DNA from: a virus
Taxonomy: Duplodnaviria; Heunggongvirae; Uroviricota; Caudoviricetes
DNA length: 16,021 nucleotides
Strand: one strand, 5' to 3'
Virus record (IMG/VR): IMGVR_UViG_2713896902_000004
Shown here one piece after another: positions 1 through 8,233 of this stretch. Position numbers and translations under genes: made by a program. The notes under the pieces were generated by a model that saw only the letters and a program-made list of their open reading frames with translations, was not told the origin of the DNA and searched no databases. Positions within the stretch are counted from its first letter, which is position 1. Each line of letters begins with the position of its first letter.

Positions 1-159
1 ATGCTGTTTCCTTGCATCATTGATGGGGAGTCTAAAAGACAAACTATATTTGAAGTGATTCATAACGCAATGTTTTTATGTTTAAAAATTGATTTTATTT
101 ACAAGGCGATGGGGGATTGCTGAAAAAATACTTTTACCCAGTTTCGCCAGCAGCTGGCC

Positions 160-423
160 GTGCGCTGGGTTGAAGCGGGTGAAGGCGTATCGCCAATGTG
201 CTTTGCGGAGCTGCTGGCGTTACGCACAGAGACTGACGAACTGCTGGAATGTAAACAGCGTGCGGGTGAAGCGGAATATGGTCCGCGTCGTCCTTTGTTG
301 CATGTGTTTATTAGTACGGAACTGGTGCGCGGTGAGCTCCCTCCCATGTTACCGGATAGCAGGGACGGAGATGCCAGTGAGCTGGATGGGGTGTTGTATC
401 AAACGGTAATGCGCTGGACTTGA
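160..423 (+). CDS. Uncharacterised GC-rich ORF (87 aa from GTG at 160; 75 aa from ATG at 196); possibly a truncated gene remnant
   Basis: Open frame with protein-like composition and host-like GC, followed abruptly by AT-rich DNA at 421. In-frame stop at 121-123 directly upstream. Nearest purine-rich stretch (GAAGG, 181-185) sits about 10 nt before the ATG at 196. No family recognised. Confidence 0.2.
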   Translation: MRWVEAGEGVSPMCFAELLALRTETDELLECKQRAGEAEYGPRRPLLHVFISTELVRGELPPMLPDSRDGDASELDGVLYQTVMRWT

Positions 424-571
424 CACCCTATATTGTTTTATTACTGTATCAGTAGTATTTTCCAAAATAGAATTCGTTGCTAAATTTTTAATTAAGTCAT
501 TTAAACCAATTTCTAATTACAGACTCAAAATTGTGAGTGGTTTGCCATTATAAATAATTTCACATGACAAC

Positions 572-832
572 TTATTTATAGTGATGAGCAATACTGAATA
601 AATCATGATAGTTAAGTGTTTTTTCTATATTCACAGAAATCGTTTCGGATGTCATCGATTCTTGCAGATGATAACCGGTATTTTTTACAAACTCTATCAT
701 TTTACCTCGAGTACTCCCCAGTACGGGATTACCTGCATTCATAGCTTCTATTGCCACCATATAAAATAACTCCTGAAATTTGGATGGAATAATAACTAAA
801 TCAGCCAAATAATAATAGCGATGCCTTTCCAC
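572..832 (-). pseudogene. Truncated group-1 glycosyltransferase remnant (C-terminal part only)
   Basis: Translation contains ...DLVIIPSKFQELFYMVAIEAMNAGNPVLGSTRGKMIEFVKNTGY..., resembling the GT1 C-terminal motif (PS..EgFg..EAMA.G.PV). Only 86 codons are open and there is no room for the roughly 250-aa N-terminal domain before the Tfa gene at 1073. AT-rich region. Confidence 0.45.
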
Positions 833-985
833 AAAAATACACCTCCTAATATATGACGGTATGAACTTGGTTGTTTAAATTATACTTAATTTTTTGAGGT
901 GTTTACATAGTATATGAATATGAGATATCGCATTCTATAAGTGAATGCGATCTATAGCATGGAATAAATAAAAAGGTGTTATAAT

Positions 986-1012
986 AAAAACTGGGTATGA
1001 AACCCAGTTTTT
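986..1012. terminator. Hairpin terminator downstream of the tail operon (usable in both orientations)
   Basis: Perfect 11-bp inverted repeat AAAAACTGGGT / ACCCAGTTTTT with 5-nt loop ATGAA, flanked by A/T runs; lies about 60 nt 3' of the Tfa stop (minus strand). Confidence 0.5.
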
Positions 1013-1072
1013 ATAAATTATATTATGAAAATAACATGGTTATTATGAGTAATATGGTAGTTTCATATAACT

Positions 1073-1630
1073 TTAATAATTATGTGGCATTATTGGCCAA
1101 TTAACATCGGATTTGATATCGAAACTCGTACGATTTAATTGTACACGATATTTTTTTAATCTTGATAAATAAACGATTTCCTCTTCTGTAGCCATATCTA
1201 GATCTACAGCGTCTTGTAAAGGTAATATGATCTCACTTGCTACTTTGAGTAGATTTTCTTTTTCTTTGAGAAATATATTTTCTAGGTCACTAGAACTATA
1301 TTCCTTGGTGATTATTTGTTCGTTTATATATTGATATTTATCTCGAATCATTATATCTTCTGGTAATATATCCGTTTCAATAATATCAAATCCTGCAGGA
1401 TATAGTTTTGAAATGTCTGTAGCTACAGAGCATATAAACTTACTTTCAGGGTGAACACATAGTTTATATTTTTTAGTGAACATTGGGAATGACGTGTAAA
1501 AATCTAATCCATTTTCATCTATGAAGTATTGAACTTCATCTCCATAAGGTTTTTCTTCTGGATAATAGCGAGTTACTTTTGTTAATTTCATTTTGGTATT
1601 CTCATCCTGAAATGGTACGCCACGCACCAT
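1073..1630 (-). CDS. Tail fibre assembly protein (lambda Tfa / P2 gpG-like chaperone)
   Basis: C-terminal ...LLKVASEIILPLQDAVDLDMATEEEIVYLSRLKKYRVQLNRTSFDIKSDVNWPIMP matches the conserved Tfa C-terminal motif. Sits immediately 3' of the fibre gene. The start is ambiguous: the longest ORF starts at 1630 and overlaps the fibre end by 29 nt; the internal ATG at 1589-1591 (MKLTKV...) has an AGGA upstream. Strongly AT-rich. Confidence 0.85.
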   Translation of the reverse strand: MVRGVPFQDENTKMKLTKVTRYYPEEKPYGDEVQYFIDENGLDFYTSFPMFTKKYKLCVHPESKFICSVATDISKLYPAGFDIIETDILPEDIMIRDKYQYINEQIITKEYSSSDLENIFLKEKENLLKVASEIILPLQDAVDLDMATEEEIVYLSRLKKYRVQLNRTSFDIKSDVNWPIMPHNY

Positions 1631-3098
1631 TAATATTTATTTGGACTGGTTTATATCGTACGCATTCCATTTTATCACCGCCGTCAACAAATGTGATTAC
1701 GCATCCAGCGGGGGCTGAAGTAGATGACTGAACTTCTGCTCCTAATTGTATGTTTTGTATATATCGAGCGTCAGATTGAGCTTTGGTATAAATGTTCACA
1801 GTGGTTGCTTTGCTGTTAGCAAGATCAAAAGCTGCCTTCACCGCGCTTGGTGTTGCCGCTTCCGTCGTACTTGTGCTGTTCGTTGCACTATTAAGCTTCA
1901 CAACTCCTTTTTGCGTCAGTGTGGCGTCGGGGATACCAGTGATTTGTCCCCAGGCGTGGGTATGACTTGCTGGTGCAGCCGCAATAGCCTTATCCATTGC
2001 CGCCTTCACCGCGCTCGGTGTCGCAGCTTCCGTTGTGCTGGTGCTGTTTGTGGTACTGTTAAGTTTCACAACTCCTTTTTGCGTCAGCGTGGCGTCGGGG
2101 ATAGCAGTGATTTGTCCCCAGGCGTGGGTATGGCTTGCTGGTGCAGCCGCAATAGCCTTATCCATTGCCGCCTTCACCGCGCTCGGTGTTGCAGCTTCCG
2201 TCGTGCTGGTGCTGTTTGTGGTACTGTTAAGTTTCACAATTCCTTTTTGCGTCAGCGTGGCGTCGGGGATACCAGTGATTTGTCCCCAGGCGTGGGTATG
2301 GCTTGCTGGTGCAGCCGCAGTAGCCTTATCCATTGCTGCCTTCACCGCGCTCGGTGTTGCAGCTTCCGTTGTGCTGGTGCTGTTTGTGGTACTGTTAAGC
2401 TTCACAATCCCTTTCTGCGCCAGCGTACCGTCAGGGATACTGGTTATCTGATTCCAGCCATGAGTATGACTGGTGGCGGCTTTGCTATTTGCCAGGTCAT
2501 ATGCGGTTTTTACTGCTTTTGGTGTGGCCGCTTTGGTTTCATCATCGCTATTAGTTGCATTACTCAGTTGCGTGAAACCTTTCTGCGTCAGTGTTGCATC
2601 AGGATGATTTCGTGATTGCTGATGTGCTTTCAGCGTGTCATCGACATATTCCCTGGTTGCCATAACAACTGAAGGATCTATCAACAGCGTCACCACATCC
2701 GCATTTGTCACTTCCATCACTGCGCGTATAACAATTTGCTTACTGGCACCTGCAGGTAATTGTGGTTTATAGGTTTCAGGGAATTTACCAATAGCGACCA
2801 GCGTGCCGTCGGTATCCAGCAACCCAACTTCGCGAACATACCAGCCTCCAACCTCTTCGGGAATAATCGCTTCTGCGATAACCCAGGCCGGATTATCTGG
2901 CGCAATTTTTAATGTATTGAGCTGACCACGCCAGACCTCATGGACTACTTTGGTCTGGATTTCTGTCGGTTCGATATATTTACCGTTGCCATCGCCAACT
3001 ACCATAGTTTGCAGACGGATCTGTTTTTGCTCCGCCAGTGCTGAGGCAATTTGGGTTTTGCCTGCAGCAGTTAATATTGTAAAAAATTCACTTGCCAT
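1602..3098 (-). CDS. Tail fibre protein (P2 gpH / Mu S-like N-terminus, repeat-containing shaft, divergent C-terminal tip)
   Basis: N-terminus MASEFFTILTAAGKTQIASALAEQKQIRLQTMVVGDGNG...NPAWVIAEAIIPEEVGGWYVREVGLLDTDGTLVAIGKFPETYKP matches the conserved gpH-type baseplate-attachment domain. Shaft has about 4 tandem ~56-aa repeats (SHTHAWGQITGIPDATLTQKGVVKLNSTTNSTSTTEAATPSAVKAAMDKA), the motif typical of side tail fibres. Confidence 0.9.
   Translation of the reverse strand: MASEFFTILTAAGKTQIASALAEQKQIRLQTMVVGDGNGKYIEPTEIQTKVVHEVWRGQLNTLKIAPDNPAWVIAEAIIPEEVGGWYVREVGLLDTDGTLVAIGKFPETYKPQLPAGASKQIVIRAVMEVTNADVVTLLIDPSVVMATREYVDDTLKAHQQSRNHPDATLTQKGFTQLSNATNSDDETKAATPKAVKTAYDLANSKAATSHTHGWNQITSIPDGTLAQKGIVKLNSTTNSTSTTEAATPSAVKAAMDKATAAAPASHTHAWGQITGIPDATLTQKGIVKLNSTTNSTSTTEAATPSAVKAAMDKAIAAAPASHTHAWGQITAIPDATLTQKGVVKLNSTTNSTSTTEAATPSAVKAAMDKAIAAAPASHTHAWGQITGIPDATLTQKGVVKLNSATNSTSTTEAATPSAVKAAFDLANSKATTVNIYTKAQSDARYIQNIQLGAEVQSSTSAPAGCVITFVDGGDKMECVRYKPVQININGAWRTISG
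1840..2530. repeat. Tandem direct repeats, about 168-bp unit, roughly 4 near-identical copies inside the fibre gene
   Basis: Near-identical 168-bp units begin at about 1861, 2029, 2197 and 2365, with more diverged copies on either side. In frame with the fibre ORF; they also create the spurious plus-strand shadow ORFs 1746..2615 and 2035..2451. Confidence 0.85.
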
Positions 3099-3100
3099 TA

Positions 3101-3832
3101 TTACTCCGGGTATACAGACATTATTTCGGTGCTCCAGTATCCTGTACCGATTTTCATCAGTTGGGATTGTGTAAGGCGATCAGGTCGATAAGGTAGTAGT
3201 TGGATATATTCCTCTACACAATAACCTGTCGCTAAAAATATTCTTGATGATTGGCTGATACTTTCTGCAACAGGAGGCAATACTGTAATGATTTCCCCTC
3301 CTTGCATGGCACTGCCAATAACTGGTATTGAGCTTTGATTAATAAGCCAAATAACAATACTTTCCAGTTTTGAACGAACATTTTTATATTCATGAATTAA
3401 TGTGATAAGTGCATTAAATTCATCTTCATTTAACCCTTTTTCCTCTAGTGTAATATCAACCTTAAAAAAATAAGCTTTCCCGCCATATTCAAACCATTCG
3501 GTAATAGTTCCAGGCAATGAGAGTATTTCCAGTACTCGCCGTACCGCCCAAACTGTTCCTTTATATTTATGTAACTCAATGGCTTGCTTAATTAACTCAC
3601 GCTTCTCTTGTTCATCAGTAGTAAATAACCAACCTTCCAGCCCCTGAACGTGGAATTGTTCTGCAAGGGCAGGTAATGCCGAAGCATCAACCAGGTCGAC
3701 CAGGTATATCATTAATGCCGTCAGATCGAGTTGCGCAAAACGTTCGGCGGCGATATTTGCCAGAGTTGAAAAACGCTCATCGCTGGCAAGCGGCGGCGGT
3801 GGCAGCAATTTATCCATCGCTGACTCCGGCAA
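3101..3832 (-). CDS. Baseplate protein gpI-like (P2 gpI / Mu gp48 family)
   Basis: Position between the gpJ-like gene and the fibre gene, size, and overlap with the gpJ gene (23 nt). Family assigned mainly by synteny and general resemblance. Confidence 0.7.
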   Translation of the reverse strand: MPESAMDKLLPPPPLASDERFSTLANIAAERFAQLDLTALMIYLVDLVDASALPALAEQFHVQGLEGWLFTTDEQEKRELIKQAIELHKYKGTVWAVRRVLEILSLPGTITEWFEYGGKAYFFKVDITLEEKGLNEDEFNALITLIHEYKNVRSKLESIVIWLINQSSIPVIGSAMQGGEIITVLPPVAESISQSSRIFLATGYCVEEYIQLLPYRPDRLTQSQLMKIGTGYWSTEIMSVYPE

Positions 3833-4925
3833 TCGTGACGTCTATTACAGTGCATTCCGCCCATTCATGCGCCTGCAAAATACGTTTTGTAGGCATGTTC
3901 AGCACAACGTCATAGACGCCATCGACTTGTAACACTTTGATTATCTGGTTTGGCACAATGTCCTGCCCCAGATGTTTCTGCCGCTGTTGCGTCCAGAGGC
4001 TAATCGCTTTACGCGCCGCAGCCAGTGTTGTCTCCTGATCGGCGGTGGTAAACAGCGTTAGCTGCGCACGAATTTCATACGGCACCCTAAGAGCACATTT
4101 CGCACTTACTTTGTCAGTCAGCGGACGTTTTTTCTCTTTACTCACTTCTTGTTCAATTTGCGCGAGTAGCTCGGTTCCCGGCAGACCATTCAGGGTTAGC
4201 GGGTAGAGCTCGACGCAGCCTTCTGGCAACCCTTCATCTGGCCCCAGTACTGCAACGTCAATAATTGACTGGCTAACCGAAAGTGTATGAAAGCGATATG
4301 CGCCATAGCTGCCGGCATTACTGAAGCTTTCTGGCGCCAGTTGTATACGCTGGCGTAGTGCATCATCGTTCTCTTCACCGCAACCGCCGGTTGTGGGAGT
4401 CAGATTAGTCACGTTGATATCGTAATAACCGATCCTGTCAACAAGGGCGCTAATCTGTGCAGGCTGCCAGCCATTGCCCTGTTCACCTGCTGCGAGGCTG
4501 GTGGCCGGAACGGCGATATGCAAACTCCTGGCCGGAAGCAGAACATCTTCATCGGTGGCGAACATCACGCTGTCAGAGGCACTGGCCCGCGTCCCCTGGG
4601 GAATCAGGATATTGCTGGTATACGCACTGACGACCGAAAACTGCAACGTCGTTTTTGCCGATTGTGCAGGTAAACGGTGAACACCCACCAGCTCCCCTAA
4701 ATAATCCAACATTGGTGCGCGGGAATACGTGACCAGGTTTTGTTTCGCCGCTTCCTGAATGGCGATGCGCACAAGGTTTTCACGATAGGCAAACAGGTCG
4801 ATGAGTAACCGTTCGGCCTGTGCCGGATAGAGTTTTTTACCGCTGGCATCTTCGTATTGCGCAATCATCTCGCTGGTAATTTGCGCAGGATCGCGGTCAA
4901 TAAAATCGGGTTCGGCTATCGCCAT
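3810..4925 (-). CDS. Baseplate wedge protein gpJ-like (Baseplate_J / T4 gp6-like)
   Basis: 371-aa ORF directly after the gpW-like gene with overlapping junction; sequence character typical of Baseplate_J proteins; conserved V-W-J-I-H-G order. Confidence 0.8.
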   Translation of the reverse strand: MAIAEPDFIDRDPAQITSEMIAQYEDASGKKLYPAQAERLLIDLFAYRENLVRIAIQEAAKQNLVTYSRAPMLDYLGELVGVHRLPAQSAKTTLQFSVVSAYTSNILIPQGTRASASDSVMFATDEDVLLPARSLHIAVPATSLAAGEQGNGWQPAQISALVDRIGYYDINVTNLTPTTGGCGEENDDALRQRIQLAPESFSNAGSYGAYRFHTLSVSQSIIDVAVLGPDEGLPEGCVELYPLTLNGLPGTELLAQIEQEVSKEKKRPLTDKVSAKCALRVPYEIRAQLTLFTTADQETTLAAARKAISLWTQQRQKHLGQDIVPNQIIKVLQVDGVYDVVLNMPTKRILQAHEWAECTVIDVTIAGVSDG

Positions 4926-5275
4926 AACACCTCCGTTGAGTTGATTACGCCGTCAGCGGCGCGCCATTGCACACGTAACGTCAGATGTTCACCGTCGATT
5001 ATCGGTGCTACCTTCAGCAACCGACATCGCGGTTCCCACTGGCGGATGGCTTCCACCGACTCCCGTACCACATGCGGGATTGCCCGCTCGATGGGGTAAT
5101 CGATGTAGTGCCACAAGTTGCTGCCAAACAGCGGTCTGTGGGGATCACTGCCGCGCGGCGTGCGCAGAATGATGTGTATTGCCTGGTGAATATCATCCAG
5201 TCCGCAGACGTATTCTTCAGGCCGCTGCAAGGCGGGTTGCCAGTGCAGCGTTGAGGGGCGTGTTTTTGTGTTCAT
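4916..5275 (-). CDS. Baseplate wedge protein gpW-like (GPW/gp25 family)
   Basis: 119 aa; ...DDIHQAIHIILRTPRGSDPHRPLFGSNLWHYIDYPIERAIPHVVRESVEAIRQWEPRCRLLKV... resembles the gp25/GPW family; sits between the V-like and J-like genes. Confidence 0.8.
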   Translation of the reverse strand: MNTKTRPSTLHWQPALQRPEEYVCGLDDIHQAIHIILRTPRGSDPHRPLFGSNLWHYIDYPIERAIPHVVRESVEAIRQWEPRCRLLKVAPIIDGEHLTLRVQWRAADGVINSTEVLWR

Positions 5276-5336
5276 GTGCTTATTTTCGCCCTGAACGGAC
5301 AGTGGGGATATTAAAGCGATTTAGAAAACTGATTGA

Positions 5337-5368
5337 TTAAAAAGAGAAAACCCGCCATCAGGCGGGTT
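5337..5368 (-). terminator. Intrinsic-terminator-like hairpin between the gpV-like and gpW-like genes
   Basis: On the minus strand, 4 nt after the gpV stop: AACCCGCC-TGAT-GGCGGGTT (8-bp GC-rich stem, 4-nt loop) followed by TTTTCTCTTTTT. Confidence 0.5.
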
Positions 5369-5373
5369 AAAAG

Positions 5374-6033
5374 CTAGTGTGAATGGTGATTTGAGTTACC
5401 ACCGCTATCCTGCAATGTGCCGCTGGCCTGAACGTTACCAATCACATTGACATTGCCAGTTATCGTGGCGGCGTTACCGATGCCTCCACTTCCTGCCATG
5501 CCACCCAGCCAGGTGAGTTTTTTCATTACTGTGACGTTACCAGTAAAGGTGCTCATGGGCGCATCTACCGTCACTGTCGCCGCTTTAATATCGACGGTAT
5601 CGGAAGTCACGGTGACCTGTTGGGCTTTAACCTCAACGTTGGGTGATGTCAGGTTAGTATGGTCAATAACCTCAATCACGATTTTCTCAATACCGCCGTT
5701 AATCGTAAGCTGGTGTGTGCTGCGGTCATATTCAAACGCTGCGCCATCAGAAAACTGGACGTAACGTTTATCTCGCGAGGCCACAGGCGCGGTGTCAACC
5801 GTAGAATAAACGGCCCCAAGTACCACGCCATCTTCGCCGTTGTCGTCCAGCAGAACTTCCACCTGCTCACCCATATCCGGTAGCCAGTAGTCTTTATTGT
5901 CCTGGGAATTACGTTGAAGTACCGCAAGCCAGTTACTCTTCAGATTGTCGCACTCTGGCAGTGTGACTCGCACCCGAACGCTGGTTTCGTCAATATCGCT
6001 GATAATCCCCGTTTGCCGGGTTACTCCCTTCAT
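5374..6033 (-). CDS. Baseplate central spike protein gpV-like (P2 gpV / Mu gp45 family)
   Basis: 219 aa; N-terminal OB-fold-like region (…NGEDGVVLGAVYS…) and a C-terminal Gly/Val/Asn-rich beta-helix-like region (GNVTVMKK…GNVNVIGNVQASGTL) typical of spike proteins; follows the gpD-like hub gene. Confidence 0.8.
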   Translation of the reverse strand: MKGVTRQTGIISDIDETSVRVRVTLPECDNLKSNWLAVLQRNSQDNKDYWLPDMGEQVEVLLDDNGEDGVVLGAVYSTVDTAPVASRDKRYVQFSDGAAFEYDRSTHQLTINGGIEKIVIEVIDHTNLTSPNVEVKAQQVTVTSDTVDIKAATVTVDAPMSTFTGNVTVMKKLTWLGGMAGSGGIGNAATITGNVNVIGNVQASGTLQDSGGNSNHHSH

Positions 6034-6042
6034 AGTGCCTCC

Positions 6043-7083
6043 TTACTGGCTGGTTGCTGGCCCGCGCGAAACGTCGATTTCAGTGGTATAGCCGCTGCGC
6101 ACAAAACTGTGAGTAGATTTATCAATCAGCCATTGTCCAGAAAGAATACCAAAATCAATGAGTTCGATTTTATTGCCTGCTGTCAGTTCCGGGCAGCCCA
6201 TCATCCTGAGTGTTCCGGTTTGCTGATATTCGTTGTGGCTGTCGAGTGCAGCGTTGGCCTTTGCCTGTGCCGCGCCAACATCCGTCGCCCGGCTGTTGAG
6301 TTTCAACGTGTCGGCACTGGTGCCGACTCCACGGGCTGACGGTTTTTGCTGGCTGTCGTGAGTGTAGATAACCAGTTCTTTTTTCTTACTATTTTGATGC
6401 TGTACGGTGGCGTTCTTGTAGATGCGATTAATGGTGTCTTTGAAGGTAAAGTGCGAAACCTCTTTACGGTCGATGGTTTTCACTGGCGCCAGGCAGCGTA
6501 GTGTCGGCAGATGTGAAAAAATCAGCTCTTTTGTCGTCACTTTCACGGCATAGCCATATTCGCTGGCCAGACGCTTGAGAAATCCAACATCGGTTTCGCC
6601 GTACTGTGTCACCCGGTCAATCGCCAGTGGCTCGATTTTGCCCACCAGCTTCAGACCGTGAGTTTGCGCGATACGACTGGCGATGGCCGAAAGCGTCGTT
6701 TCTTCAAAGCCCTGACTGTTACGGGTACGCAGCGCCTGATTGACGGAAGTGGCAATGCCATCAATATTTACCGTGGAAGGTGGTGCTGAAATATCAATTT
6801 TATCAATAACATACTGACCGCAATCGAGGAGCGTCTCCCCCTGATAACCCATATGTAGCGCCAGCGTATCGCCTTTGCCGGGATACCACTCTTTTATCCA
6901 ACGTCCATCGGTGTCATCCAGTGTAATGGCGATGGTATCTGACTCGTTTTTGATGCTGTCGTGGTAACTGATGCTGGTGACATAGGGCGTGATGTCATAA
7001 GTGATATCTTTATGCCCATACCAAAGGGTAAAAATGGGCGCGAGTGTGGCAAAGACGCCACCAGATACGCTTATCTCAGCCAT
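6043..7083 (-). CDS. Baseplate hub protein gpD-like (P2 late control gene D / Mu gp44 / VgrG-N family)
   Basis: 346 aa with the family character (…SDTIAITLDDTDGRW…PGKGDTLALHMGYQGETLLDCGQYVIDKIDISAPP…); conserved position after the gpX-like gene. Confidence 0.8.
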   Translation of the reverse strand: MAEISVSGGVFATLAPIFTLWYGHKDITYDITPYVTSISYHDSIKNESDTIAITLDDTDGRWIKEWYPGKGDTLALHMGYQGETLLDCGQYVIDKIDISAPPSTVNIDGIATSVNQALRTRNSQGFEETTLSAIASRIAQTHGLKLVGKIEPLAIDRVTQYGETDVGFLKRLASEYGYAVKVTTKELIFSHLPTLRCLAPVKTIDRKEVSHFTFKDTINRIYKNATVQHQNSKKKELVIYTHDSQQKPSARGVGTSADTLKLNSRATDVGAAQAKANAALDSHNEYQQTGTLRMMGCPELTAGNKIELIDFGILSGQWLIDKSTHSFVRSGYTTEIDVSRGPATSQ

Positions 7084-7283
7084 GGTGGTATCTCCGATAA
7101 GGTTTTGTTGACGGAAATGACCGGAATAATGAGTTGAATACCGGAAGGCAGTACCGGGTAAATGGCGACATGTGGATTGGCGGCGATGATGCGTTCATAA
7201 GCCAGCGCATCGCCGTAGTAATACCATGCCAGATTATCCCAGCGTTCGCCGTCGGTGGTGATATGTTCAAGGTATCGCATCAC
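7071..7283 (-). CDS. Tail protein X-like (P2 gpX, LysM-like baseplate protein)
   Basis: 70 aa; TTDGERWDNLAWYYYGDALAYERIIAANPHVAIYPVLPSGIQLIIP parallels the gpX pattern (T..GDTLD.I..RYYG…VL.ANP…LP.G..V.LP). ATGA overlap with the upstream gene. Confidence 0.7.
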   Translation of the reverse strand: MMRYLEHITTDGERWDNLAWYYYGDALAYERIIAANPHVAIYPVLPSGIQLIIPVISVNKTLSEIPPWLR

Positions 7284-8233
7284 CAGCTCCTCGTAATGGT
7301 CGCGGCAGCAAGCTGGCTCACTGCGGGAGTGGTTTGTTGTACCGTTGTTCGTGCCTGCTCAACCAACGTTGCGGCTTTATCGAACGTCGCTTCGGCGATG
7401 TCGTTGGTAATGTCGTCGAAAAGCGCCTGAGCATGGTCAACCAGCGTGCTGGCGTCTTTGGCGCAGTCCCGGATACCTGGCATGTTACCCAGTAAAGCGT
7501 TAATCTGCGCCGATAACGCTTTTGGGAGTCCTGCCAGCGTTTGCAGATCCATGGGCTGTTTAAACAGGGTTTCGATGGCGTCGATAGTCTTTTTCAACGA
7601 CGTAATTATCTTTTCACACTTTTCTTTTAACGCTTTGGCCTCTTTAACCAGTGCTTTCACTTTTGCCACCGTTTTTTTAATATCTTCAATGGCTTGAGTC
7701 AGCTCATCGAGCATCTCTTTGGCCTTACGCATACCTTCTTCAATGGCGTTCAATATCTGATCAAACCAGGACTCCACCATGTCTGGAAAATCGCTCGCCT
7801 TTTCGTCAATATTCGGGTCTTGGGTAGTAATTGCCGGGGGCAAGAGTGGATTTTTAGGATCACCGGTGTACTCCTGGAGCGACATTGTTCCGCTTTGAGC
7901 AATCACATTGCCCCAGGGATCGGTGTGCTGGTGGGTGGCGGTTAGCTCCGTAATCACAAACCAGCCGCGATAATCGCCATTGCCAAACACCAGAGCCATC
8001 GCTTTGTGGGCAAGCATGCCTTCACGCAGTCGATTCAGCTCTGTTGTGGGTTGGCAAAACTGGCTGTGCAAGGAAAATTCCAGTGCCAGCATATCCAGCT
8101 TATCGCCAATAAACTGCACGCCGGGTTTGCCTTCTATACGGGCATGTGTGGCGTAGTCCACGCCCATTGTGCTTTTAAAGCCGTCCCAGAATGTGACAAC
8201 CTTAAATTCAATCTCTCCTAAAACGGCATACAT
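7280..8233 (-). CDS. gpU-like tail/baseplate protein with a long alpha-helical, coiled-coil-like C-terminal extension
   Basis: The first ~120 aa loosely resemble P2 gpU-type tail proteins, and the gene sits in the gpU position (TMP-U-X-D). The C-terminal ~180 aa are rich in A/K/E/L heptad-like sequence. Start overlaps the TMP stop by 1 nt. Confidence 0.5.
   Translation of the reverse strand: MYAVLGEIEFKVVTFWDGFKSTMGVDYATHARIEGKPGVQFIGDKLDMLALEFSLHSQFCQPTTELNRLREGMLAHKAMALVFGNGDYRGWFVITELTATHQHTDPWGNVIAQSGTMSLQEYTGDPKNPLLPPAITTQDPNIDEKASDFPDMVESWFDQILNAIEEGMRKAKEMLDELTQAIEDIKKTVAKVKALVKEAKALKEKCEKIITSLKKTIDAIETLFKQPMDLQTLAGLPKALSAQINALLGNMPGIRDCAKDASTLVDHAQALFDDITNDIAEATFDKAATLVEQARTTVQQTTPAVSQLAAATITRSW

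Noticed and set aside
89-409. 106-aa plus-strand ORF and 82-aa minus-strand ORF (99..347) overlapping the 160..423 frame
   Set aside because: Cys/Trp/Arg-rich translations. The 160..423 frame is the only one of the three with protein-like composition, and even that is low confidence.
1746-2615. 289-aa plus-strand ORF, and the nested 138-aa ORF at 2035..2451, with repetitive Cys/Arg-rich or hydrophobic translation
   Set aside because: Antisense shadow ORFs through the tandem repeats of the tail fibre gene. Their internal repetition mirrors the fibre repeats and their composition is not protein-like.
5447-6339. Plus-strand ORFs antisense to the gpV-like and gpD-like genes (5447..5764, 5659..5883, 5914..6339) and minus-strand alternative-frame ORF 5676..5927
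   Set aside because: They overlap well-supported baseplate genes and show no recognisable motifs or ribosome-binding sites.
7076-7270. 64-aa minus-strand ORF in another frame of the gpX-like gene
   Set aside because: The frame starting at 7283 gives the gpX/LysM-like motif and couples to the upstream gene by an ATGA overlap; the alternative frame has no such features.
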